This document shows positions 27,774 through 36,945 of a DNA stretch of 56,387 nt, piece by piece. The position numbers and the translations under genes were made by a program. This DNA comes from an uncultured Treponemataceae bacterium (GTDB taxonomy: Bacteria; Spirochaetota; Spirochaetia; Treponematales; UBA12059). A model generated the notes under the pieces. The model did no database searches. It saw only the letters and a program-made list of their open reading frames with translations, and had not been told where the DNA came from. The stretch lies in the NCBI GenBank assembly GCA_964485395.1, contig CAZAJF010000012.1:1-56387 (forward strand), in the 5' to 3' direction. The stretch's first letter is position 1. Each line of letters starts with the position of its first letter.

Positions 27774-29528
27774 TCAGCGTCCCCAGAGCTTCCTCATCTC
27801 GGGTGATCTTTCCAGAACATCGGCAAGGGCTCCCTGGGCCTCCACCCTGCCTTCAGACAGCACGATCACGCGGTCAGCCAGCTCTAGAGTGCCGCGCCTA
27901 TGGGAAACCGCGATACAGGCCCTCCCGGGGTTTTCCGCGAATCGCTTCCAAAGAAGGAATTCAGTCTGCGAGTCCAAAGCGCTGGACATGTCGTCGATGA
28001 AGTAAAGGCCGGGCTGCCTGAGAAACATGCGCGCCGCCGCCGTCCTCTGCGCCTGACCACCGGAGAGCTTGAGCCCTCGCGGGCCTATCTTGGTTTGCAG
28101 GCCGTCAGGCAGAGTCTCGATATCTTCTTCGAGCACCGCCTGGCGCAGGGCGTGCGCGAGACGGGAATGGTCGGCGTCGAGCCCCAACAGCAAGTTCTCG
28201 GCAAGGGTATCGGAAAGCAGCTGCGGTGACTGCGGGGTGTAGGAGCTCTGCGGCGGAACGAAGAAGGCGCCCGGATCGATTACGGGCTCGCCGTTCCACA
28301 GTATCTGCCCGCTGCAGGAAAGCAGGCCTTGCATCGCGCGCAGCAACGTGGTCTTGCCGCTGCCGATTCTCCCCGTTATCACCACGAGCTCGCCTTTGGC
28401 TATGCGAAGGCTTACATCGTGGATGCCTTTGCCCGAAGCGTGAAGGCAGGTGAGGTTACGGACTTCCAGATCATGGAAAGCATCGGGATTTTCCGCCGTG
28501 TCTGCGGCGGCCTGCGGATGCGATTGCTCATGCCGGACCGCCCGAGGCGTCAGGGCAAGGCGTTCGCGACGCACCAGGGACGAGCCGGAAGGATCCGATA
28601 CCAGATCCTTCAATCTGCTGAATGAAACGCGCGTCTGCTGGAAATGAGCCAGGAAGCTGCCCCAGAAACAGGTATAGTCGCTCACGAAGGACAGACAGAA
28701 AATAAAAAGCGAAAAATCCCCCAGGCTGAAATTTTGCGCGCTTACCTTGCTGGCTACCACGAGCAGGATGATACCGGTGCCGATTCCTACGGTGTTATGG
28801 TAAATGGAGTCGAGAAGCTGCTTGAACAATCCGTCGCGGAGGGCCGCCTTGCGCCGCGTCTCGCATAAGATGGACAGGTGCGCGAGCGCATCCTTTTCCG
28901 CCCCCGCCACTTTTATGGCTTGTATCGAGCCGAACGCCTCGCCCATCGCCCCCGTGGCGTGTTCGGACGCTGTTCGCGCCGCTTCGCGATAGCGGCTTAC
29001 CCGGGACTCGGCGCTCTGAGCCAAGGCCACGACCAGCACCAGCGGAACGAAGGCCAGCAGGGTAACCGTCAGGTTGATGCGCACCAGCAGAACCAGGGAC
29101 ACCACCGTAAAGACGGCGGAACCCAGGACATCGAGCGTCCAGCTGAGCGCATCCTCGATCTGCTGGGCGTCTTCCTTGAGGTAGTCCAAGGCCTCCGTGG
29201 AGGAGCAAGAAAGCGGAGCGGCGCCGGGCAGCCTGAAAATCGAGGAAAAAGCGTTGGATCGAAGCAGCGCGCTCATTGTAAAGCGATGCAGTATGTCTAC
29301 CCAGGCCGACAGGGTGATATGGGCGATGCGAACGGCGGTAAAGGCGATGATCAGCCACAGCACGTCGGAAGCGGCGGGAGAGTCCGCCTGCAGCGCGTCG
29401 AAAAAAGCTTTGGCGAGCAGACCGGGAATGATGAAGGCGCCATGGACCAGCATCCACAGCATTCCGTCGAAGGCGTACAGCCAAGGCCGATAGGCCATCA
29501 TCCCCTTTAAAAGACGCAATGTTTTCAT
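27774..29528 (-). CDS. ABC transporter ATP-binding/permease protein (exporter half-transporter)
   Basis: Six-TM N-terminal domain followed by an NBD with Walker A GRIGSGKTT, signature LSGGQAQR and Walker B IDDMSSALD. Confidence 0.85.
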   Translation of the reverse strand: MKTLRLLKGMMAYRPWLYAFDGMLWMLVHGAFIIPGLLAKAFFDALQADSPAASDVLWLIIAFTAVRIAHITLSAWVDILHRFTMSALLRSNAFSSIFRLPGAAPLSCSSTEALDYLKEDAQQIEDALSWTLDVLGSAVFTVVSLVLLVRINLTVTLLAFVPLVLVVALAQSAESRVSRYREAARTASEHATGAMGEAFGSIQAIKVAGAEKDALAHLSILCETRRKAALRDGLFKQLLDSIYHNTVGIGTGIILLVVASKVSAQNFSLGDFSLFIFCLSFVSDYTCFWGSFLAHFQQTRVSFSRLKDLVSDPSGSSLVRRERLALTPRAVRHEQSHPQAAADTAENPDAFHDLEVRNLTCLHASGKGIHDVSLRIAKGELVVITGRIGSGKTTLLRAMQGLLSCSGQILWNGEPVIDPGAFFVPPQSSYTPQSPQLLSDTLAENLLLGLDADHSRLAHALRQAVLEEDIETLPDGLQTKIGPRGLKLSGGQAQRTAAARMFLRQPGLYFIDDMSSALDSQTEFLLWKRFAENPGRACIAVSHRRGTLELADRVIVLSEGRVEAQGALADVLERSPEMRKLWGR

Positions 29529-31336
29529 GATAACAATCCTTCACCGGCTGTCGGGCATGGCTCGGCCGCATCCGCGGTCGCGCCCGCCGCCCTCACGTAA
29601 CGCGAAAAGAGGCTGTCCGGGTTCGAGGCCAGGCCGGCACGGTCCCCGTACTCCGCGGCCAAGCCGTCTTCCATGACGAGGATGCGGTCCACGCGGTCCA
29701 GGGTGGATAGCCGATGCGCGATGATGATGGCGCTGCGGCCCTCAAGCAAGGTCCCAACCGCGCCGTCGATGAGCGATTCGGTGGCGGGGTCGAGCCGTGA
29801 CGAGGCTTCGTCCAATATGACGAGACCGGGATCCCTGAGGAACACCCGGACCATGGCCAGAAGCTGCGCCTGCCCGCCGGACAGGCCGACGCCGCCCGTA
29901 CCAAGCCGCTGGTCAAGCCCGAGCGGGAAACCTCCCAGCCATTCGGAAAGCCCCAGCTTGCCGAACGCCTCCCTGATCGCGTCATCCCCTATGGAAACAT
30001 CCCAGAGCCTGGCGTTATCGCGGAGCGTGGCGCTGAATAGCTCGACATCCTGCGTGACTACCGCAAGGCCGCGCCGCAGCGATTCCCTCGAGTAATCGGC
30101 GATGGGCCTGCCCTCGAGGGTTATCGTCCCGGTATCGCAGTCGTACAGCCTGAGAGCCAGGCGCCCCACCGTCGTCTTGCCGCTGCCCGTTCGGCCCAGG
30201 ATTCCCAAAGATCGGCCGGGCTCAAGATCCAGCGAGAAATTTTTAATTACCTGCTTGCCTTCCTCGTAGGCGAAACTCGCGTCCTTGAAGGAAAGGAACA
30301 GGGCGCCGGAAGGAAGCTGCGCCGTACCGTACGACATGCCGGGTTTCATCGCCAGCAATTCCATGGTACGGGAACTTCCAGCCAGGGCTTTTTGCAGGTC
30401 CTCGAGTTGTTCGCGCAGCTGCTCCAAAGGCTGCCGAATGAGCTCGGCATAGCTGTAGATCAGGTAGACGGTCCCGAGGCTCACCGTTCCCGAGCGCCAA
30501 AGCATCGCGCCAAGGCCGAGGGAAAGCACCGTGCCGATTCCGGCCGCCAGCTCCGAGGACATCCAGACGCCATAGCCCAGAAGATTGGCCTTAAGCCGCT
30601 TTGGGTACCAGTCTGCAAGATGCGAGCGCAGGCGCTTTTCCGCGTGCGCGGCCGCTCCCAGGCTCTTGATATCTTCCCGTGCCGCGATGCGCTCTCCCAG
30701 GAAACCGTAAAACTCAGCCGCCTTTGCGCGATTTATCTTCCAGAGGGGAGCGGCCAATATCGCTACCCGGAACAGGAAAAATCCTGTAATGCCGGCAAAA
30801 GCCCCGATCGCCGCGCCCACGCGGACATCTTGCAGGAACAGGACGACCAGGATACCCGCCATGAGCGCCGCGCTTCCCACGACGCGGATGGCAAAATCCG
30901 AGAAGAAACTCATGAGAACCTTGGCATCGCCGTCCACGCGTTCTATCAACTCGCCGGGGAGATGCTCCTTGTGGTAGGAAAGATCCATCGCCATGGTGGA
31001 TTTCATGAGATCCATGCGAAGGTCGTTCGTGGCCTTCCAGCCTAGATCCTGCCCTAGCCAGGCTGCGGCCACCGCAAGAAACTGGACGCCCAGCGCCAGT
31101 CCGATAAACCAGGCAGCCTGCCCGTAAAGCACGCCTACGGGAGCCCCTCCCGAGATCGCGTCTATGAATCCCCTGAGCACCAGGGGGTTTACGAGCCTGA
31201 GCCCATTGGAAGCCAGGATGGTAATTCCGAGTCCCGTAACCAGTGCCTTGCGCCCCATGAGATAGCGTCCTAAAAGTCTCAGCGTCCGCCGGGCGTTTCC
31301 ACGGCCGACCGTCGCGTTTTTTCCGTCGTTCTGCAT
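29525..31336 (-). CDS. ABC transporter ATP-binding/permease protein (partner half-transporter)
   Basis: TMD plus NBD with GRTGSGKTT, LSGGQAQ and ILDEASSRLD. The stop overlaps the downstream ATG (ATGA). ATG at 31336 has an AGGA RBS; the ORF track starts at GTG 31375. Confidence 0.85.
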   Translation of the reverse strand: MQNDGKNATVGRGNARRTLRLLGRYLMGRKALVTGLGITILASNGLRLVNPLVLRGFIDAISGGAPVGVLYGQAAWFIGLALGVQFLAVAAAWLGQDLGWKATNDLRMDLMKSTMAMDLSYHKEHLPGELIERVDGDAKVLMSFFSDFAIRVVGSAALMAGILVVLFLQDVRVGAAIGAFAGITGFFLFRVAILAAPLWKINRAKAAEFYGFLGERIAAREDIKSLGAAAHAEKRLRSHLADWYPKRLKANLLGYGVWMSSELAAGIGTVLSLGLGAMLWRSGTVSLGTVYLIYSYAELIRQPLEQLREQLEDLQKALAGSSRTMELLAMKPGMSYGTAQLPSGALFLSFKDASFAYEEGKQVIKNFSLDLEPGRSLGILGRTGSGKTTVGRLALRLYDCDTGTITLEGRPIADYSRESLRRGLAVVTQDVELFSATLRDNARLWDVSIGDDAIREAFGKLGLSEWLGGFPLGLDQRLGTGGVGLSGGQAQLLAMVRVFLRDPGLVILDEASSRLDPATESLIDGAVGTLLEGRSAIIIAHRLSTLDRVDRILVMEDGLAAEYGDRAGLASNPDSLFSRYVRAAGATADAAEPCPTAGEGLLS

Positions 31337-31472
31337 TGATCCTCGATTCTTCGGAGCCGAACTAAAAATTCCCACGCAGTATACGATGGGAACGTAAGGA
31401 ACAGAAAGAGAAAGTTCCGTTAAGATCCATGAATTCCTTGAGAGAGCGGAATATCCACCGCCATCGAGTTAG

Positions 31473-32699
31473 TTATATAGCTGAAACCGGGGGAACGGCG
31501 GACAGTGACGCGTAATCGAAAGTGCAGCCCCCGAGCACGATTTCCTTGACGAGGGACGCGAGCCTCTCATTGCCGCACAGCCCGGAAAAGCCGTCGGGTT
31601 CACCGCACACGTCCCGGAGTTTCTCCGTGAGAATCCTCGTGATCGGGAAAGGGTCGGACTCGAGCGCGGGGAAACGCTTGCGCCTCAACGCGGTGCGCTC
31701 CGCCTTGAGCCACGCGGCATACTTTCCGGCGGCCCGGCGCAGCGGCCGCGTATCGACGCCTTTCATCGAGTACAGGGATTCCATATGCGTAAGCAGCACG
31801 AACAAAGCGTCCGGCGGCGCCAGAAGCTGCCTGTACATGCCGTGTGGAATCATCGCCGGCATGCGCATTTCGGCGAGTCGCCTGTGCCAGGAAGCCATGA
31901 GCGGGCCCGCGTACGACATGATCGGCATCCCCGACGGGCGGTTTTCCCGGTATACATCGTCGTAAAGACTTCTTAACTGCGGAAAGCTGTCGTCCACAAG
32001 CCCGATGAACTTGTCTTTCTGGCGGCCGGGCCGCAGGGTCAGAGATCCCGGATACACGAAGCCGGCGCCCGCGTCCGCCGAGGCCGCGAATAGCGCTTCC
32101 GTCCGGGAGGGCTGGTCCCCTATTCCGGGGCACAGCGGCATTGCCATGACCCCGGTCAGGAAGCCGGCTTCCCGGGCTTTTTCAAGTACGGCCAAGCGGC
32201 TCGCAACGGATGCCGCCCCTGGTTCCAAGAGGCTGGCGACCGATTGGTCAACCGTGGTCAGCGTAACGATTATCAAAGTCCGGGGAAACTTTGCGAGCAC
32301 GTCGAAATCGCGGAGGATTAAATCGCTCTTTGTAAGGATTACGATGGGCAAGCCCGCGGGAACGAGCGCTTCAAGAGTGCGCCGCGTCAACTGAAGGCTG
32401 GCTTCCAACGGTTGATACACGTCCGTGACGCCCGAACCGATGCACAATGCGCCGAATTCGCGCGCGGAAAAACCTTTGCCCACGTCGGCCGCCACGAGTT
32501 CCGGAAGGTTCGCGCGCACGGCTATATCCCGCTCGAAATCGCCTTCCACGTAATATTTTTCGGCCCGCCCGTCGCAATAGCGGCAGCCGTGCGCGCAGCC
32601 GCGATACGGCGCCGTAACCCGGTACAGCGACACGAGAAACGCTTCCGCCATAGTATTCTTGGTCAAGCCGGTCTTGGCTTCTATCTCCTGTATCGCCAT
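31473..32699 (-). CDS. radical SAM protein (COG1533/SplB-like family)
   Basis: The motif APYRGCAHGCRYCDG is a CxxxCxxC radical SAM cluster in the NPYxGCxHxCxYC context of that family. Confidence 0.8.
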   Translation of the reverse strand: MAIQEIEAKTGLTKNTMAEAFLVSLYRVTAPYRGCAHGCRYCDGRAEKYYVEGDFERDIAVRANLPELVAADVGKGFSAREFGALCIGSGVTDVYQPLEASLQLTRRTLEALVPAGLPIVILTKSDLILRDFDVLAKFPRTLIIVTLTTVDQSVASLLEPGAASVASRLAVLEKAREAGFLTGVMAMPLCPGIGDQPSRTEALFAASADAGAGFVYPGSLTLRPGRQKDKFIGLVDDSFPQLRSLYDDVYRENRPSGMPIMSYAGPLMASWHRRLAEMRMPAMIPHGMYRQLLAPPDALFVLLTHMESLYSMKGVDTRPLRRAAGKYAAWLKAERTALRRKRFPALESDPFPITRILTEKLRDVCGEPDGFSGLCGNERLASLVKEIVLGGCTFDYASLSAVPPVSAI

Positions 32700-32782
32700 G
32701 GAACACAGGGTAGCGCATCGCCCGCTTTTTGTCAGCCTTCCATGCGGCGAGCCGACGCGCCCCTATCTTTATTTTAAAGGTT

Positions 32783-33862
32783 ATGCGAGAATCCGCAATC
32801 ATGCCAAGCGAAGATCCTAACCCAGAAAAGCCGTCAGAACCCCACAAGCGCCGTCCGCGCTACCGGGGAACCCATCCGCGAAAATTCTCCCAGAAATACA
32901 AGGAGCTTAACCCGGAGCGATACGCGGATGACATTAAGAAAGTGTTATCGCGCGGGGACACCCCGGCGGGCAGCCACCGGAGCATCTGCGTCGGGGAAGT
33001 GCTCGCGGCGCTTGCGCCGAAGCCAGGTGAAACCGCCGTGGACGCGACGCTCGGGCACGGAGGCCATGCCGCCGAGATTCTCAAGGCTATCCTGCCGGGC
33101 GGCACGCTGTTCGGCCTGGACCGCGATCCGCTGGAAATCGCAAAGACGGAGAAGCGTCTGCGCGACGCCGGATTCTCTGAGGCCTGCCTCCGCGTAAGGC
33201 ACATGAATTTCGCCGACATCGACAAGCTTCCCGCCCTCGAGAATCGATCCGGCTTTGACATGATACTCGCAGACCTCGGCGTTTCATCCATGCAGATAGA
33301 CAATCCCGAGCGCGGATTTACCTTCAAGCGCGACGGCCCATTGGACATGCGCATGAATCCTGCCGCAGGGCAGAGCGCGGCAGCCTTTCTCAAGACGCTT
33401 TCCGAATCCGAACTCAAGCGCATCCTGGTGGACTACGCGGACGAGCCCGAGGCCCAGGCGATCGCCAGGGTGCTCACCCAAAGAAGAGGCTCGCTCATAA
33501 CCACCAAGGCGCTGGCAAAGGCGGTTCGCGATGCGATACAAGACTCAAGCAGCCCCGAGGATTCCAAGAAGAAATCGGTACGGCGCACGTTTCAGGCCAT
33601 ACGCATCGCCGTGAACGGCGAGCTTTCCGCATTGGACAAGCTGCTTGCCGCCCTGCCTTCATGCCTGAACCCAGGCGGCCGCGCGGTGATACTCTGCTTT
33701 CATTCGGGCGAGGAGAAGCGCGTCGAGGCTGCTTTCCGGGAAGGCTTGGCGGACGGTCGCTACTCTTCCGTCTCGGAATGCGGCGCAAAGGCAAGCGCCG
33801 CGGAGCGCCACCAAAACCCCAGGTCCACCGCCGCCAGGCTTTGGTGGGCGATCCGGGCTTAA
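32783..33862 (+). CDS. rsmH: 16S rRNA (cytosine1402-N4)-methyltransferase RsmH, with a basic N-terminal extension
   Basis: The motifs AVDATLGHGGHAAEIL, DRDP, ADLGVSSMQID and FHSGEE match RsmH/MraW. About 50 aa of extra basic N-terminus precede the conserved core. ATG 32783 has an AAAGG RBS. Confidence 0.75.
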   Translation: MRESAIMPSEDPNPEKPSEPHKRRPRYRGTHPRKFSQKYKELNPERYADDIKKVLSRGDTPAGSHRSICVGEVLAALAPKPGETAVDATLGHGGHAAEILKAILPGGTLFGLDRDPLEIAKTEKRLRDAGFSEACLRVRHMNFADIDKLPALENRSGFDMILADLGVSSMQIDNPERGFTFKRDGPLDMRMNPAAGQSAAAFLKTLSESELKRILVDYADEPEAQAIARVLTQRRGSLITTKALAKAVRDAIQDSSSPEDSKKKSVRRTFQAIRIAVNGELSALDKLLAALPSCLNPGGRAVILCFHSGEEKRVEAAFREGLADGRYSSVSECGAKASAAERHQNPRSTAARLWWAIRA

Positions 33863-33895
33863 TCAAGGCTGAGCGCCCCTACATTCCGCAATTCT

Positions 33896-33924
33896 ATTGA
33901 CTCTCCGCGCCCGGATGAGTACTT
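33896..33924 (+). promoter_or_regulatory. promoter with -10 close to the nitroreductase ATG (possible leaderless or near-leaderless)
   Basis: TTGACT, 17 nt spacer, TACTTT, then 9 nt to the ATG at 33934. Confidence 0.3.
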
Positions 33925-33933
33925 TCCCTTCTC

Positions 33934-34782
33934 ATGACAATCGACGAAACCATCGCGGCTCGAAAATCCTGCCGCAGCTACGATTCACAGCCTCTTCAGG
34001 AACTTCACCGCAAGCAGCTCGAGGCAGCGGTGCTCAGCGACAACATCGACCACTTAGGTCGGTCGCTTGCCCTCAAGCTCATCGACCGGGAGCAATCGTC
34101 GCCGGGCGCGACCGAAAAGCTCGGGACCTACGGGGTCATCAAAGGGGCGAATCTGTTCCTGTCGGGAAGTTTTCCGCGCAACGACGAAAAAATAGAGAGC
34201 TTCGGCTACGCCTTCGAGAAAATCGTTCTCAAGGCCGCTGAACTGGGTATCGGCAGCTGCTGGCTCGCGGGCACCCTGGACAGGAGCGCTTTTGCCAATG
34301 CCCTGGGCCTCAAGGACGACTCCGTGATGCCGGCCATAAGCCCGCTGGGCTACCCCGCAGACAAACGGTTTTTCATGGATAAAGTGTTTCGATTCGCCGC
34401 GGCCTCGGACAAGCGCCTCCCATGGAACCAGCTGTTCTCGGACGCAGAGACGGGACTTCCCCTGACTGAGGAAAGCGCGGGATCGTATGCAAAGGCGCTT
34501 GAAGCCGTTCGATGGGCTCCTTCGGCCTCCAACAAGCAGCCGTGGCGCGTATCCAGGCTGCATGGAAGCTACCGATTTTTCGTCAAGCGAAATCCAGGTT
34601 ACGGAAAACCCTTTTCTTTTGACCTGCAGCGCTCGGACATCGGAATCGCGATGTGTCATTTCGAGCTTTCCGCCAAGGCATCCGGTTCGTCCGGTCGTTG
34701 GGTTTACGAAGAATCTCCGTTAAAAAAAATTCAGGAAGCCGACTACGTCATAACCTGGGTACCGGACGGAATTCCAAAATAA
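33934..34782 (+). CDS. nitroreductase-family protein
   Basis: Nitroreductase fold cues (ARKSCRSY..., GIGSCWLAG, WAPSASNKQPWR). Confidence 0.8.
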   Translation: MTIDETIAARKSCRSYDSQPLQELHRKQLEAAVLSDNIDHLGRSLALKLIDREQSSPGATEKLGTYGVIKGANLFLSGSFPRNDEKIESFGYAFEKIVLKAAELGIGSCWLAGTLDRSAFANALGLKDDSVMPAISPLGYPADKRFFMDKVFRFAAASDKRLPWNQLFSDAETGLPLTEESAGSYAKALEAVRWAPSASNKQPWRVSRLHGSYRFFVKRNPGYGKPFSFDLQRSDIGIAMCHFELSAKASGSSGRWVYEESPLKKIQEADYVITWVPDGIPK

Positions 34783-34795
34783 CCTTCGCGGCGCT

Positions 34796-34824
34796 TTGAT
34801 TTTCGGCGCGTCGGGTTCTATACT
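34796..34824 (+). promoter_or_regulatory. sigma70 promoter of the ankyrin-repeat gene
   Basis: TTGATT, 17 nt spacer, TATACT. Followed by an approximately 50-nt leader with an AAGGAGG SD. Confidence 0.5.
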
Positions 34825-34881
34825 GAGTATTGGCGGGAAACGACAACGATAAGTCCTCCGCTTCCCCCAAGGAGGCATGGA

Positions 34882-36921
34882 ATGAGACGCGCACTCGTCA
34901 TATTCTTTATAACTGCCATTTCTTTCGAGGTCATGGCCGCCCCGAACCAGGATCTGCTCAAGGCGGTAAAATCCGGAAACGCGAATGCGGCGACCGCCGC
35001 GCTGAATGCCGGCGCGGACGTCAACTTCAAGGACGAGCTTGGCCGCACCCCGCTTTTTTACGCGGCTGCCCGGGGCAATATCGCGCTCGCCAAACTGCTC
35101 GTCGCAAAAAAGGCATCGCCGAATATCATGGACTCAAGCGGTTGGGGGCCGCACGACGTCGCCATCGACGCCAATTATCCGGATATGCTGGCTTACTTGG
35201 CAAGCGCAGGATTGAATCCCGCATTACTGAAAAAAACCTTGACCACGCCGGACCAGGAAGGCTTCCTGCCCATCCATGCCACCGCGCGCGAAGGCAGGCT
35301 GGCCATGTTCGACCTTCTCCTGAAATACGGCTCGCCGGTGGATCCGGTCAGCAAGGAGGGGTATACGCCGCTTATCCTCGCCGCCGCCAACGTGGCCGCC
35401 GGGGGCGGCCGCGACGCGATGATCGCGCGGCTTGCCGGCTTGGGCGCGGATCTATCGCGGTCCGACAAGAACGGCCTGACGGCCCTCGATTTCGTCATTC
35501 AGGCGGGAAACGAAGCCTTGGCAAAAAAAATAGCGAAAGCTCCCGTGTCGGCATCCACGGCGGCCCGCGTATACGCCGCAGGCAACATGAACCTCTTTTC
35601 GTTTCTGCTGCCTTTCGTCAAGGATCTCGATGCGCCAGGCCCGATGCCCGAAGGCAAGCCGCTGCTCTTTTTCGTTATGGAAAAAGCCGATATAGCCACG
35701 ATGAAAACGCTGCTGGCGAGAGGGGCTTCTCCAATGGCTACCCTGCGATTCGGCAGGAACGCGATTCAATACGCGGCCGCATTGGGCAATCTCGCCGTAG
35801 TCAAAACCCTGATAGAGGCTGGAGCTCCTCCCAACAATCCGGACAGGAAAAACGCCGTCGACGCGCCGTTGTCGCTCGCCGCGGCCGCGGGCAACAGGCC
35901 TCTGGCCGAATACCTCCTGTCCGTCGGCGCCCAACTGGATGAGCCGCAAGGGGTGCGGACTCCCTTGAACGGAGCTATCATGGGCAAACAGCCTGAGATG
36001 GTAAGATTCCTCGTGGAACGGGGCGCCAATCCCAACGGAACGGGCGAATCGGGCATCACGGCTCTGATGTACGCTATCGATTACCGGGGTAAGGGCGGCG
36101 ATATCGCGATAATCGGATACCTGCTCGACAAAGGCGCGGACCCGAACGTCGGCGTAAGCGGATTCGGTTCGGCGGTGGATTGGGCGGACAGGAACCGACG
36201 CCCGGAAATCGCCGACTTGCTGGTCTCGCGAGGGGGAATCCGCCTGGTCGCGCCGGGGGGTGGAGTTTTTATCGCGCCAAAGACCGAACTGCAGGAGAAT
36301 ATCGATCGATTCCACCGGCTGATCGGCTCGAACGACGACGAGGCCTGGAAATCCGCAATAAATAATTTACCCTCGGTAAACCAGGATCTCGGGGACGGAA
36401 AGACGCCGCTCTTCGAGACGGTGAGGTCCGGCAACTTGAGCCGGGTACGCTATCTCGAATCCAAGGAAGCCGATTTTTCCAGCCTTACGGCGGAAGGCAG
36501 GACGATGCTGCACGCCGCTTGCGAATCGGGGAACATGGAGCTGGTAAAGTTCCTCGTGGAGTCGAAGCGACTGTCGGTCGCAAAAAAAGATTCATCGGGA
36601 AAGTCGGCGCTATTCGAGGCCTGCCTTCATCCCGGCATGGTTGAATGGCTCTGCGGCAAGGGCGGCGACCCCAGGGAGACGGACGCATCGGGCGGCACGC
36701 TGCTGCTTACGGCGGCGGGATTTCCCGGCGATATCGCCAACGGCACCATCGCCTTCCTTATCGCGTCGGGCGTCGACGTGAACGTCAAGGCGCCCAACGG
36801 CCGAAACGCCTTGGACAAAGCCCTGCTCATGAACAACGAGCAAGGCGCCGAGCTGCTCAGGAAAGCGGGAGCCGTTCAGAGCGCTCCGGGCACGACGCCG
36901 GGCCCCAGAAAACGCCCATAA
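34882..36921 (+). CDS. secreted ankyrin-repeat protein (about 18-20 ANK repeats)
   Basis: Signal peptide MRRALVIFFITAISFEVMA. Repeated G-TPL-AA--G-----LL--GA-N units throughout the 679 aa. Confidence 0.8.
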   Translation: MRRALVIFFITAISFEVMAAPNQDLLKAVKSGNANAATAALNAGADVNFKDELGRTPLFYAAARGNIALAKLLVAKKASPNIMDSSGWGPHDVAIDANYPDMLAYLASAGLNPALLKKTLTTPDQEGFLPIHATAREGRLAMFDLLLKYGSPVDPVSKEGYTPLILAAANVAAGGGRDAMIARLAGLGADLSRSDKNGLTALDFVIQAGNEALAKKIAKAPVSASTAARVYAAGNMNLFSFLLPFVKDLDAPGPMPEGKPLLFFVMEKADIATMKTLLARGASPMATLRFGRNAIQYAAALGNLAVVKTLIEAGAPPNNPDRKNAVDAPLSLAAAAGNRPLAEYLLSVGAQLDEPQGVRTPLNGAIMGKQPEMVRFLVERGANPNGTGESGITALMYAIDYRGKGGDIAIIGYLLDKGADPNVGVSGFGSAVDWADRNRRPEIADLLVSRGGIRLVAPGGGVFIAPKTELQENIDRFHRLIGSNDDEAWKSAINNLPSVNQDLGDGKTPLFETVRSGNLSRVRYLESKEADFSSLTAEGRTMLHAACESGNMELVKFLVESKRLSVAKKDSSGKSALFEACLHPGMVEWLCGKGGDPRETDASGGTLLLTAAGFPGDIANGTIAFLIASGVDVNVKAPNGRNALDKALLMNNEQGAELLRKAGAVQSAPGTTPGPRKRP

Positions 36922-36945
36922 AACAGGCGCGCCCTGGGAACGAGG

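Noticed and set aside
34830-35942. 370-aa + ORF and other alternate-frame ORFs (35452..36315 -, 36645..37274 +) within the ankyrin gene
   Set aside because: They are Arg/Gly-rich frame artefacts. The ankyrin frame shows regular 33-aa repeats and a signal peptide.
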